A stretch of 64,000 bases of DNA from Rhynchopus sp. YZ270_cl-10 (taxonomy: Eukaryota). Shown here piece by piece: positions 45,906-58,378 of the stretch. The translations under genes and the position numbers were made by a program. The DNA is taken from positions 1,612,001 through 1,676,000 of the forward strand of contig OZ037837.1 in NCBI GenBank assembly GCA_964035575.1. Direction: 5' to 3'. Each line of letters begins with the position of its first letter. Position 1 is the stretch's first letter. The notes beneath the pieces were generated by a model. The model saw nothing but the letters and a program-made list of their open reading frames with translations. It was not told the DNA's origin and searched no databases.

Positions 45906-47201
45906 ATGCAGAAGACAATGCTCGCCGCCCCCTCCACAGCCACAGTGCTCCCCCTGTCGCCGCTGGTCTTCGACATCCCCGTGGTGTCCTCGCCGCTCGT
46001 GTCGCCACTCACTTCGCCAGCGTCGTCTCCAACGCAGACGTCGTGCTCTGCCTCGCCTGTGTCCTTCTCGCTTGCACCCAGCACGCTGTCGGCAGACTGC
46101 CACTCCTCAGATGAGTGCACAACAGCCACACCCGAGAGCGAGGACAGCACACCCCCGCCCTCGCCAACACACATCGGTGCACCACCCGCAGGGCTTGAGT
46201 GGGACGAGATCACAGCACGTCTCCCGCACTCACGCAGCGCACAGCACGAGGAGGAGCGTGGTGCGCTGTTCACACGCTTTGCCGATGCCAGCACCGCACG
46301 GCTGAGCCTGGACGGTGTGCTTGCTGCTGTCAATGCACGTGCCTACCTGCGTGGGGAAGACGAACGCTACGTGGCGCTTGCGATTGAGCACGCCTTCCGC
46401 AACACACGTGGCCTGCCGCACTCGTACAGCGTGGGTGCGACGGACTGTGTGACGCCTGCAGAGTTCCGTGCGGTGCTGCAGACACTGCGCAGGGGACGGA
46501 TCTTTGCACGACACGGCTCCGTCAGCCTTGCGGCAACACGCTTCGGCAGCTTTGGGTCGATGAAGAAGGTGGCCTCGTCACCGCTGTCTGCACAGCTGCG
46601 TACACCTTCTGTGTCCCCGCAGTTCAGCATGCGCACCACATCACCACAGCGCCAGCGGCGTGCTGTGGGTGTCTCGCCACAACGCAGCACTTCACCCAGC
46701 ACCGCACGTGGCGTGACGAGGGCGTTCTCGTTGAACCTGGCATCAGTCAGAAATGCTGCCAAGATTGAATTCGGATGCGCAACTGCTAGCTCGCCATGTG
46801 TGACGTGGGACGACATCACCGCACGTCTTCCCTACTCACGCAGCAAGAAGGACTCCCTTCGCATCACTGCTGGGCTGAGCAAGCTTGGTACACTGAACGA
46901 TGGCTGCAAGCGCACGATCACCATCGCTGAGGCAGAGGTGGCAGTGCGCCGCTTTGTGAAGGACACACACGGGTTTGACCTGACAGCACCGATCGAGGGT
47001 GCCTTCCGCAGCATGCGCAGCCTGCCCGACACACACGTCGTGCAGCGCACGGAGGTGCTCACACGGCGGGAGTTCCGTGTGCTGCTGCAGGAGCTGCGGA
47101 GGGGGCGCGCACTCAAGAGGACAGGGTCGTGCGGACTCACACCACGTCTGTCCACAGCAGCTCGGCTCACTGCTACACGCTCGCAGACGGTGCGCAGGTA
47201 G
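45906..47201 (+). CDS. FCaBP-like protein, paralog 3, lacking the first module, 431 aa
   Basis: Matches paralog 2 from TATVLPLSPL onward; has its own ATG after an ACAACACAACACC leader. Confidence 0.8.
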   Translation: MQKTMLAAPSTATVLPLSPLVFDIPVVSSPLVSPLTSPASSPTQTSCSASPVSFSLAPSTLSADCHSSDECTTATPESEDSTPPPSPTHIGAPPAGLEWDEITARLPHSRSAQHEEERGALFTRFADASTARLSLDGVLAAVNARAYLRGEDERYVALAIEHAFRNTRGLPHSYSVGATDCVTPAEFRAVLQTLRRGRIFARHGSVSLAATRFGSFGSMKKVASSPLSAQLRTPSVSPQFSMRTTSPQRQRRAVGVSPQRSTSPSTARGVTRAFSLNLASVRNAAKIEFGCATASSPCVTWDDITARLPYSRSKKDSLRITAGLSKLGTLNDGCKRTITIAEAEVAVRRFVKDTHGFDLTAPIEGAFRSMRSLPDTHVVQRTEVLTRREFRVLLQELRRGRALKRTGSCGLTPRLSTAARLTATRSQTVRR

Positions 47202-47560
47202 TGACGAACGGTATGCTGGAGACAGGGTGCGTTCGTTCACTCTATTCGCACTCTTCGCTTTGATGGCTGTGAGCACAGCACAGCAGCGCCTCCACGAAAC
47301 GAAAGCATTCTGTTCATGAAAACACCAACAAGACAGTGCCAAGGGGGGTGTCCACCAAGCCGGATGTCATCCGTGTTTGTGTCCCTCATTTGCACCCTGC
47401 AGGACGTTGAGGGGCTCTTCTTGTTTTGTTGTTCCGAATATGCACAACTCGTGAGCTTGTTTGCCGACGAGCTGTTTATTGTCTTGTCTTGTTTATGAAC
47501 AAATGCGTGTGTATGTGTCAATGCACATTATTCCGTACTCTTTTTTCTTTTTTGCTTTTT

Positions 47561-48091
47561 TGAGGTGATCCAGCGCACACTTTTCCACACTTTTTCACAC
47601 CGTGAAAACATGTGAAAATAAGTGAAAACGTGTGAAACCAAGGTGAAAATGTGTGAAATCAAGTGAAAATATGTGAAACCATGTGAAAAATATGTGAAAA
47701 CATGTGAAACCATGTGAAAATGTGTGAAACCAAGTGAAAATATGTGAAACCATGTGAAACCATGTGAAACCATGTGAAACCATGTGAAACCATGTGAAAC
47801 CATGTGAAACCATGTGAAACCATGTGAAACCATGTGAAACCATGTGAAACCATGTGAAACCATGTGAAACCATGTGAAACCATGTGAAACCATGTGAAAC
47901 CATGTGAAACCAAGTGAAAATGTGTGAAACCATGTGAAAACACCAAGTTTTTTTTCTGGAGGAATCCACTCAGAGTGCGTGAAGCAGTTTTTTTTTCACT
48001 TTCGTACACACTTTTTCACACCGTGAAACCATGTGAAAATGTGTGAAACCAAGTGAAAATGTGTGAAAAAGCGTGAGACTGGATCACCTCA
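47561..48091. mobile_element. MITE with TIR TGAGGTGATCCAG and an internal (CATGTGAAAC)n satellite
   Basis: ~30-bp imperfect TIRs with TTTTT on both flanks; decamer array at ~47600-47940. Confidence 0.85.
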
Positions 48092-49079
48092 TTTTTATTT
48101 ATACGAACGAATGTGAGCAGCGTGAAACGTTAGTTCACCTACTATTAAGTGTTTCTTTTTGATCAAATCATTTCATCGTTTTCCTTTGTTTTGTTCAGGT
48201 GGCTAAGCAGGAGGCTGGGGTCATCTTTTCATTTATGGTCAGACCAAGGGGGTAGGTACTTATGCTTCATCCTGTTGGCTGGCATCGTACAGTGGTTCAG
48301 TAGGTAGGGTGCCTTTGCAAGAATGACCATTTTATTTCACTATTATTTCACAGTTGCTATCCGCAGCTATCCTGTGAAGCTCCGTTTTTTTTGTGCTTTT
48401 CTAGCGTTCGTTCTATTTCGACATCGAGTTCTCGTTGTGTTCTGGATGTGCACTTTCCTTTACACAGACTGGAAATGAAAAGTTGCGATGTTTTCATTCC
48501 AGATTTGGAGATTTGCTTCCTTATCAGTATGTTAGTAACACCTACATTTTTGTTTTCTGTGCTCGTTATCCTGTCCATGAAGCACACCCTCCCCACGTTG
48601 CCTCTCCCTGCCTCACCCTCAGTACCCCGTTCGTGCTTATACGTGATGTATAAAGCTACCTGGGGGTGTGGGACTGCCTTTTTGCTGTTTTACTGTTGCC
48701 CTGATCATTCCAGACTATGTGCAGCTGTTTGCTTCATTTTGGAGGAATGGCTTTTTCTTTGTTGCCTGTATGTTTATGACCTTCTTGATCCGCAAGACAG
48801 GTTTCGTGACGATGTGTATGTGCACAATCCAAGTTCCCCTTTTTATTTATCTTTATTTCTCCGACGTTCCTTATTTGTAAACAAGCTACACTATAAAGCA
48901 GAACATGAGACGTCCACGTGGTTTCTTCTGATGCACATCGTAGCCCTTAGACGGGGTTCAACCCCTGCCGCGCGACCACTCATCATCTCATCATCACCTC
49001 ACCTGTTGGAATTTAGATGCGGAAGCATACCCTCACACACCCACCACACCACACACCATGCAGGAAGCAACACACCACC

Positions 49080-52000
49080 ATGTTCGGCCCACGCGAGGAG
49101 GTGCAGGCCTACGCAAAGCAGCACAGCATCCTGAAGCTGGTCGACGAGCTTGTGAACGAGCTGCTTCAGCATAAGCCGTGCGACCCGTTGGCGCACCTGG
49201 CGTGCTACATCGACGGCCTGCGTGGGGCAGCGCCTGCGACGGACGTGGAGAAGAACAAGCTTGCGGCAGAAGGCAGCACTGCGGCGTGCGCAGAGGTGTC
49301 GCACCCCTCGAGCACATCATCATCGCTCGAAGCGGCGCTGGGGACACTCTGGGACGCGTGCAGACCCAACCACGCGACGTTCAAGGAGCGTTTCGAGGAG
49401 GACGTTTCGCAGGGCCTTCGAGATGTGCTTGCGACAGTCTTCGCGAAGGCTGGGAAGGCGAAGGGAGGACAGGCCGGGAAGGGACAGGAGGCAAAGGACA
49501 CACCTGTGCAGACACACCTGAAGTTCGATGCTTCGCCAGACGTGACACAAGCAAATGCGGCACAACGTGAGCAGCTGGTGGACCCCTACAGCGCCGAGTA
49601 CAGACCCACGCAGAGTGTGTCGGAGGTGGTCGACGGGCTTGCAGACTGGTTCGGACCTGGACGGAAGCTGTGGCCGCGGAGTGCTGTGGACAGGGTGAAG
49701 CACAACTGCACCTTCATGCAGCACAAGCACAACTACGGGGAGGTGGCGGAGGTGGTGGTGCCGCTCTTCATCTACTCGATTGCGATCATGACGGAGTACA
49801 CGTGGGCCTTCTGGGTCTCCTCGGATGGGCACGGACGGTGGACGCCGTTCTCGTCGGCGCACGCAGTTGTGCTGGAGAAGGACTTCCTTGCGCACTGCAC
49901 GAAGGACGGGGCACCCCTGTGTGGGGAGGACGAAGACCTGACACGACCACGGGGGCTGCCGCTTGCACCACTGAACAGCACCATCACAGAGGCAAGACGT
50001 GCGCTTGCAAGGGTTGCAGAGGACACGAGGGATGAGGGCACCACCCCCAGCAGGCAGCCGGCCAGTGCCGCCTTCGAGCTGCCCACGCAGATGCAGGTGG
50101 TGTTCTGCGACGGGCGCATGGTGGGCGGGAGTAGCAGCGAGGGGGACGAACGGGGGCGTGGCTTTGCAGGGAAGGTTGGTGGGGTGTTTGCGGGCTGGGA
50201 GGGGCTCACGGTCTTTGTGAGCACGCCCTTCCTTGAGGGTTGCAGATGTCGTGGTGACACCACCACCAACACCACCACCACGAACACTGCCACCACCGAC
50301 ACGACCAAGGACGTGGCAAAGGAGTTGTACATAGCACGGTACAAACTGGCAGACGTGAGGGCAGAGTACGAGGATGCACACACGCAAGGCACGGCGGATG
50401 CGGAGACACTCGCGAGCCTGAAGAAACGTGTTGCGCTGCACCCGTACTCGGACTCGGTTGCGTGGCTTCCGGCCCCGTCCTGCATCTTTGAAGGCCTCCA
50501 CACTGCGACGGCGGACGTGCAGCGCACACAGACGATGTCTCTGTCTCTCGCACGACTGCCCCCACCAGGTGTGCTGGAGTACTTGCAAAGCAGACGCACC
50601 TGTGAGCACCTTGAGATTGCCGAGGGTGGTCTGCACTATCTGCGTTCGGAGGATGTGTTTGCGTGTCGTGCGCGTGAGGAGAAGGTGCTGCTTGCGGGGA
50701 GGAAGGACAAGGCGGCGGGGACAGAGACAGCGTACGTCCGCTGTGACGACAGCTGCTGCTTCTTCTGTGCGGTGGGTGCGCTGAAGGACCGTTGCGTGCG
50801 CGAGAAGAACCAGCAGCAGTACGACAAAGGCTGCAAGGAAGACCTCGACGCACTGAGTACCAAGCACAAACAAGACTACAGCCCGTTCCAAGCTCTCGTG
50901 GCACACAAGGTCGCCATCGCCGTGCGTGAGGCCCCCGAAGGCCAGGCACCGACGCCGCTGACGATCCTCCACGCTCTCGACATCCAGGCCGTGTACTGGT
51001 CCTCGGCAGGTGTGGCAGACTGGACACACGTGGAACCCCTGCACGCTTCGCTCTCTGGGAAGAACAAGTTCATCGCCGTACCTGGAGCAGACGGCCCACC
51101 GTGTGTGCTGTACAAATCCTGCTGCGAGTTCGCGGACCAGCCGTACTACGTCTTGAACGCGTCGATGCGGGATACACAGAACAAGGCACACAAAACGCAG
51201 ATCACAGTGACGTGCAAGGACAAGACGAGCGAGGTCTTCTGTGCACGCAGCGTCGCGTCGCTTGGGAAGGGTATGGGCACGCTCCGCGAGGTGGCACGCA
51301 AGCACGCGACCCTGAGGACCTGCCTCAGAGACCTCATGACGATGTCGCACCAGACGTGCTTCGAATCCGAGACGAGCGGGACGTCGCTCTGGTACACGTC
51401 ACGTGACATCATCGACGATAAGAAGAAGGACGACGCCCTGCCGCCAAGCGACGAGGACTACCTGGACCCTGTGCACTACAGCGGGCTTGGCTACTACCGG
51501 TACACGGCACGGTACGACACGGAGGCACCGGAGTACATGGAACCAAGCACGGTGAGGGTGCAAATGGGGGACTGGGTGTCGGGGCAGGTGCGGCCGCTGC
51601 TGTTCTACGTGAACGAGGCAATGAAGGAGATGTCGCCTGTGCTGTCGTACCGGGGGTGGCGGTGTGCGCCGGAGACAGAGCAGAAGTGCTACCGCGGGCT
51701 TGGGAACGCGCGCCTGCCCCCTGAGCTCTACTCAACGGGTAACGTGGTGGTGTGGTCTGCGTTCTCGTCGACGTCGACGGACCAGGGCATCTCACAGTTC
51801 TACGCCAGCTCCGCGAGTGGGATGACGGCGTCGGTCTTCATTGTGACAGGGTCGTCTTGCAGGCTGATCGCACCCTGGAGCAGGTTCGGCCGTGAAGAGG
51901 AGTGGCTGTTCCCACTGAACTCAATGTTCAAGGTGGACTCGATGCTGACGGAGGACCAGCAGTCGATTCTCGGGAAGAAAGACTTCCAGCTCTTCGAGAT

Positions 52001-55000
52001 CTCTGAGGTCGACGAGTTGTCGATGGAGAAGATCCGCATCCGGTGCTCCCTGGCAAGCGCACAGACGAAGGAGGTCGCGCGTGTGGTCTTCTCAGCAGTG
52101 TCTGCAGTGGACTCTGGGAACGGTGTTCTCGACGTTTCCCTGAAGAGCGCAAGCGAAGGCTGTGTGGATGCGAAGTGGGTGTACACATTTGTGGTGAAAT
52201 TCGACGCACTCCAGCTGTCGCCTGTGATGACGAGCAATAGCACGAAGCTTTGCACTGACAACATGGCCGACAGCTGGAGCAGTTTCCTGTCCCAGGCTCA
52301 CAAGCTCAATCGCTTCACCCACGAGCACCCCTGTGTGATCTTTGACCAGTCCTCTGAGGAGGGGCGGCAGGTGCTCAACGCAGTGTCTTTGGTTCTCGGC
52401 CTGCGCCACTCGAAAGCGCTCACGTTTGTTGAGGTGACGTGCCACCTGAAGCCCTCGAAGGCGAAGGACGCCGGCAGCCTGCAGGAAGAGAACGCAAGCT
52501 CGGGCTACTACCAGCTGAAGGCGATGAACTCGACGGAGCAGTGGGAGGTGAGCATCGAGATGCGGCGTGAGGATGGCCAGGAGGGGTATGCTTTTGGCCA
52601 TTCGGGTGCTGTGCTGCTGCACCAGATCATCGCGAAGCAGGTGCACCTGGTGAGGATTGACATCCGGAACAACGGTGTCGGTGTCGAGGGTGCGGAGCTG
52701 CTTCTGCAGGCGCTGCGTGTCAACAGGCATGTTGTGCAGCTCAGCATCTGCGACACTGAGCAGCAAAAGCAAAAGCAAAGGCCTCTGCAGGTGCGTGACA
52801 CACACACATGCGACGCAGAGGACGGGGACGATCCACACCTGGGGGAGATTGCGGCACAGCGCATGATGCACATCCAGCAGGTCATCAACATCAGGTGTGC
52901 GCACAACAGAGGCACCATTGTGTCAAGCACGTTCTCCGACCTGGGTGACACCTGGCCGCAGTGCGCCACGGAAGCGCTGTACGACGTGGACGTGGTGGAC
53001 ATGGCCTTCTCGGACCTGTTCGACACCCGCCAGCGTGAGGCTGTTCTCTTCATCCGCCTTCTGCAGAAGGCGGTTGACGCAGCACAGCAACAGGAGCTTG
53101 CTTTCAACAGGACGTACCCAAAGCTCCCAGGCGCGCTTGTTGCTGCTGCGCGTTGGTGCGACCTGTGCGACATTAAGTTACTTCTGGACATGCACTGCAA
53201 CCCCTTCGAGACGGACGCGTTTGGCGAAACACCACAACTGAAGATGTGGCGCCGTCTCAACAGAGACACAGACACTCATCTTATTCGCAGTCCTGACTTG
53301 CACCTTGTGGTGCGTGACCTACACGTGTGTCTGGACAGGCTCCAGCCCACAGTGTTCCGGTACAACGAGCCACTGTGGAAAGTGAAGAACTTTGCGCTGG
53401 AGGTGATGCGGATGGCAGACGACCGTGATCACATCTCTCTCGCAGCTGAGCTGATCCACAACGTGTGCACCAGCTACGAAGCCTGGCGTGAGGAAGCCTT
53501 CCCTCTAGGGTACAAGCCTCCAGACTTCACGGCAGGTGACTACAGCGGCAACGTGAAGCGCATGATACAGGACACCCTGGACGTGTGCAAGGAGTGCTCC
53601 GTCCTGAATGTGCTGCAGTGCCCTCTCCGCCGTCAGGACGCAAGCCTCTTCTGTCTCAAGGTGATTTGCTCGCGTGGGAACGAGCTCTTTCCCATTGTGC
53701 ACGGAGAGGTCGGGATGACTGAAATGCTCGATGGTCGCCTCACGGGGCGCAAGACGGAGCGAGGAGTTCGTTACCAGAGTTACGCAGAAATGTGCAGCAA
53801 TAAGCACGTACATGAGAATTGGTCTTGTCTTGTCGAGGCGAAGCTTCCACGCAGAATGGACAAGAACGGAATACACTACTTCGAGCACGAAGTTGCTTTG
53901 CAGGACACGGAACCATGGTCAGACATGCAAGAGGCAGATGTGTGCAGTACGCATCGCATATACGAAGGCAGCTACGTTACAAAGCAGCAGTATCTGGACA
54001 TGGTGTGGAATACTTGGGATGTGGAGACGGACCAGATACGCAGGCAGAACCGTGACGGCTTCTTTGTCTTCAAACACGACTGGGATGAAGACATGGAGGG
54101 TGGTGCCTGGGAGGACGGCAAGAAGGAGACACTGCCGACGCTTCCGACGCTTGTGGAGCAGTTGCGGCAGCCCTCTCTCAACCTGTACGACCCAACGGTG
54201 TTTGGGAGCCGCATTGAAATGGAGGAGAGCAGGGCCCAGCTGCGCACGTGGTCGAGGCTGTGGGGTGCTGTGAACGCTGTGCTGGTGACAAGCGTGGAGA
54301 AGGAGCGGGTGCTCTTCCGCAAGGTGGAGAACGTGACGGACATTGTCCTGCTCCACCACCTCCACCTGAAGCGTGGTGAGCTGTACTGCCAGCCCGACAT
54401 CACTCTCTGGGATGTGGAGCGACGCTACGTAAACTGTACTTTGGGTGACGACAACGACATCGTGGACGCGAGAAGACCAAGGACGAAGGTGGACTTCACG
54501 TCTGACTTCAACGACAAATCAGGAAGACTGTGGAAGGCGTCAGAGCGCAGATGGACAGGGAGGGGTGGCGAGGAGGCTGCGTATGAAGGCGAGCTTTGCT
54601 ACGAACATGAGTTCAAATACAAATGCATGCAGGCACACAAGCAGGCACGCAAGGAAAGAGGGGAGGACGTGGGGTTTGATCTGAACACGTTACTCAGATG
54701 GGAAGATGCGAAGCCTGAGGAACCTTTCCTGACATACCCCCCTGGCGAGCAAGTTGAGGTGGATACCCACGTGTGCAGCACCATGACAACGATTCTCTTC
54801 AGTGCGCACGGGAAGATGCACGGCGAGTGTGTGGGGCTGCTGAGCGACGGACACGACTTCCTCCTCCCTGCACTTGAGATGTTTGTTGTGGAGGATGTGC
54901 AGGCACGTGGCACGTGCCTTCATGTCAGCCTCGTCTCACGTGGCTCGCTGCTGCGCACGGACAAAGAGCTCCGTGCCTGGTGCTCCAGCATTCAGAATAC

Positions 55001-57178
55001 TGGCCTGGATTCTGTTTGGGGCAAGAACGGTGATATGGATGAGTGTTTGCGTCCTGAGAGCAAGACAGCAAAGGACGACATATTGTACAGGCAGAGCTTC
55101 TTGAGCGCAGACGAGTGTGACGTCTTCTTCAGCCGCAAGTCTCAGATGCTCCACGGAACGGAACGGCAGGTGTTGGTACACGATCTGGAAGACGTCGTCA
55201 GACCTGTGAACGCTTTTGCATCGCACAAAATGCAGGGTGCAAACGGACAGATGACGAACCATGTGGGGTGCACGCTGCCGGAGGCTGTGCCCACTACGTA
55301 CCGCCCAGGGAAGACGTTTTTGAGTGGGTTGAACCGCAAGAAGCGTTCTGAAGGGGATCACACTGCAGAAGGCATGACAAGAGCACACGGCAACGAACTC
55401 GCACACATCCCCGACGTAGAACTCGTGGAGGATTGGGAGAAGGACATGGATGTGAACGATGTGGTCACTGTTTCGGGAGCATCCATCCAGGCCTACCACG
55501 ACGAGCACACAGACGAAGACGCGTACTTCAAGACGACAATCAAGGGCAGCGACACACCTGGGCAGTGCCCCCCGCCTGTGAGCGATGTGTACGGAGGGAA
55601 GGAGTTCCGCATCACTGTCGGGGAGGTGCAGCAGCTGCTGAAGACAACCACGATAGTCACGTCGCCGTCCCTCCCACTGCGTTTTGTGCAGTGTCTGATC
55701 GGCTCGTTCACGTCTGCGAAACGGCGTCTGCTGTTCTTCAACGTATTCCGCGCAACGTCGCTGCTCAGCATCGACGAAGATTGGGAAGCCGCGAAAATAG
55801 TTGCCAGATATGCTGCGATGGATGCACTTGAAATGAGCGAACTTCGGAAGCGCCAAGCTCGGGAGCTGGGCACACGCGATAACACGGACTTGAACAGCGC
55901 CAAGTTGTACCGCAACCTGGTGTTGATCGAGATCAACAAACAAATACTTGCGTATCTGGACGGCAAACTTGATGACGACGGTGCAGAGCCTATTGAAGTC
56001 ACCCGTGACAAGTTCACATCGTGGATGGACACCGTACAGGCGCAACATGCACAGTACGGCTTCACCTCAAAAGCACATGCGAGACTTACGTTGGCGAAGT
56101 CGATGGTCGAACTGGGCACAGAAATGTGTGTCTCGCAACAGGGCTTCTCCTTCACCTCCGGCACGGAAGGTGAGCACAGCCAGCTCTGTGAGAAGACGCA
56201 CCACAGCATCGCCATCCTTGCAGCCACTGGGATGGGCTTCTGTTACCCAGGACCCACCCTGCGTGAGGCACCAAAGTACTTTGTGAATATACCACGTAAA
56301 GGACAACAGTCACACGAGGGCTGGGCCTACTTCCAAGAAGGCAAGCAACGTGAATTTGTGGACCGTCTAAAGGTGCTGTACACATGCATCTTCGAATCTG
56401 CAAGGAAACAGCGTGTGCGGAACATGTGTGCTGGTGGGATGGGTCTCGGTATTTCTACACAGAACCTGGGGAATGATCTGAGACTTCAAGTTGCAGAAAT
56501 GTACTTCCGTGCGCAGTTCGAACTCCTTGCAGAACAGGATTGGGGTTTTGAAAACGTATGCATATCTTCTGCGTTGTCCTAAATAATGGAATTTTTCAAA
56601 CATCTAAATAATGTAGCACAACTTTCTGAAAAACGCTACTTTTGGGTTAATACCCTCAATCCCTACACACACACAACGAAGATTTCAAAAATGCAAAAGC
56701 AGAAAAGGTGGAGAAGATACTGGTGGACAACTCTATCTTCTTTCAAAGACTTCCCAATCATCTTTTCGCTTCACCTTTAAAACCACTCTTATAACAGTAC
56801 TGGCTGAGCACAAATGATTCCACCGACTTGTTGGCATGCCGCGTCTTGAAGAAAGGACTGCACGAGTGTGGCGACTACAACAACGAGGCACAGGGGTTGT
56901 ATTTGAGGTGCAACATCGTTCTGCACAAGAAGGAGGCGAGGTTTCTTGCGGTGCGCCTCGCCCAGCTGAAGAAGTCTCCTGCGCTGTTGTCTTCATCTGA
57001 CGCACAGGCGTTGCTGCAGGGACAGCACGGCATGTACTGGGAGGAAGGCAGGTCTTGGAACTATCTTGGCGAAGGAGACTTGTCGGCCACCTCGACAGCT
57101 GTGCTGATGAACTACAACATTGCGAAGAACGCACTTAACCTCGACTCTTCTGCATTGACACCGAAAGACACAGTATGA
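49080..57178 (+). CDS. Giant multidomain ADP-ribosyltransferase (join 49080..56555, 56798..57178; ~2618 aa)
   Basis: N-terminal RIIa/Dpy-30-like motif (YAKQHSILKLVDELVNELLQHKPCDPLAHL); WWE-like WAFW...WTPFS....LEKDF; ART motifs CYRGL / AFSSTST / SRFGREEEWLF; RI-like LRR IDIRNNGVGVEGA; ankyrin-like segment DAFGETP; a phase-0 GT-AG intron joins ORF 56828..57178. Confidence 0.85.
56556..56797 (+). other. Predicted canonical intron, 242 nt
   Basis: AAC|GTATGC...ATAACAG|TAC; AT-rich; removal restores the frame (GFEN|YWLSTND). Confidence 0.72.
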
Positions 57179-57970
57179 TGTGCAACGAAGACACAAGCCT
57201 CCTCGCACAGCGCCCAACTCCGACGCACAACATCCCCTATCACAGTCACAAAGCGCTGGCTCCGTGCACCAACATCCCCTTGCTGCACAAAGCCGCTTGC
57301 AAGCCCAGACCCGTTCAGTGCAGACTTCACAGACATGCGCTGCACAAGCCGTATCGCGTTCTACATGTGTGCAGGTGCAGTACGCGACACGTTCAACCCA
57401 ACAAAGACACAGTTCCCAAGCAGCCAGCTCCGGTCCCGATGAGAAAACTTCGAAACCAGATGGGACAGATGAGTCGGGTGTTACGGGTTCCGCGTTGCAG
57501 TGCAAGAGGCCGTAGCCCAACTGCGTACTGAACTGACGTGGGCTAGCGTACTAAGAAAGTCAAAGGGTGTTGTTTGCAGTTTTTTTCTTCCAAAAAAATG
57601 CTGTGCACAGTCTAAGCGCCAAGAAAATGCATCAGGGCCAATTTCCCAATGCGAGTCACAACAGACTGTATTTTAGATATAGTCTTATCATGTTTTTTGA
57701 TATCTTTCCTCCGCAATCAGGATTTTGTTTTATTCGTTTTCCAACCATGAAAGCAAAGTCTTCACTGCAATACACATTCCACCCTTTTTTTAAATCTTTG
57801 ATGCACATTCCTTTTCACCTTTGACGCAAACAACAAACCAACGACTAAATAGAAAATCAGATCACTCTTCAGACCACCTGGAAAAGTGCATAAAAATTTC
57901 AGCCTGCGGCGGACGGCCTTTGACCCATTTTTGAATTTTCACCCTTTTCTTGTTATCCTCTCTATGGTTC

Positions 57971-58090
57971 GCACCACTGAACGGCACCATCACAAACGCA
58001 AGGCGTGCGCTTGTCGGGGTTGCGGAGGACACGAGGGGTGAGGACACCACCCCCAGCAGGCAGCCGGCCAGTGCCGCCTTCGAGCTGCCC
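57971..58090 (+). pseudogene. Orphan ~120-bp fragment of the ART gene
   Basis: Matches ~49965-50083 and ~59265-59382 (APLNGTIT...SAAFELP). Confidence 0.85.
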
Positions 58091-58378
58091 TTGGTGATGT
58101 TTCTTTTTGCCCCATTGAGGAGTCTTCTCATAGTCAGTCAGGGCACTAGTCAGTGTCCCCTTCTTTTCTCTTCCAACGACACAGTGCTTTTGCTTTTGAA
58201 CTCCTTTCTGCCGAAAACTGAGTGGTCGATGGCTACCCAGGAATGAAAACGACTCAGTGTCAGACAGGGGAGTGGCCTGCACGTTGTTGCAGCATACACG
58301 CCCTTCGGACTGTTGGGATTTGGATTCGAAAGCATGTACCCCACACCACACACACCTTGCAGAAAGCAACACACCACC

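Noticed and set aside
49017..49079. ORF-track starts upstream of the ATG (also 27235)
   Set aside because: These are non-ATG starts in AC-rich leaders. Paralog comparison supports ATGs at 49080 and 27304.
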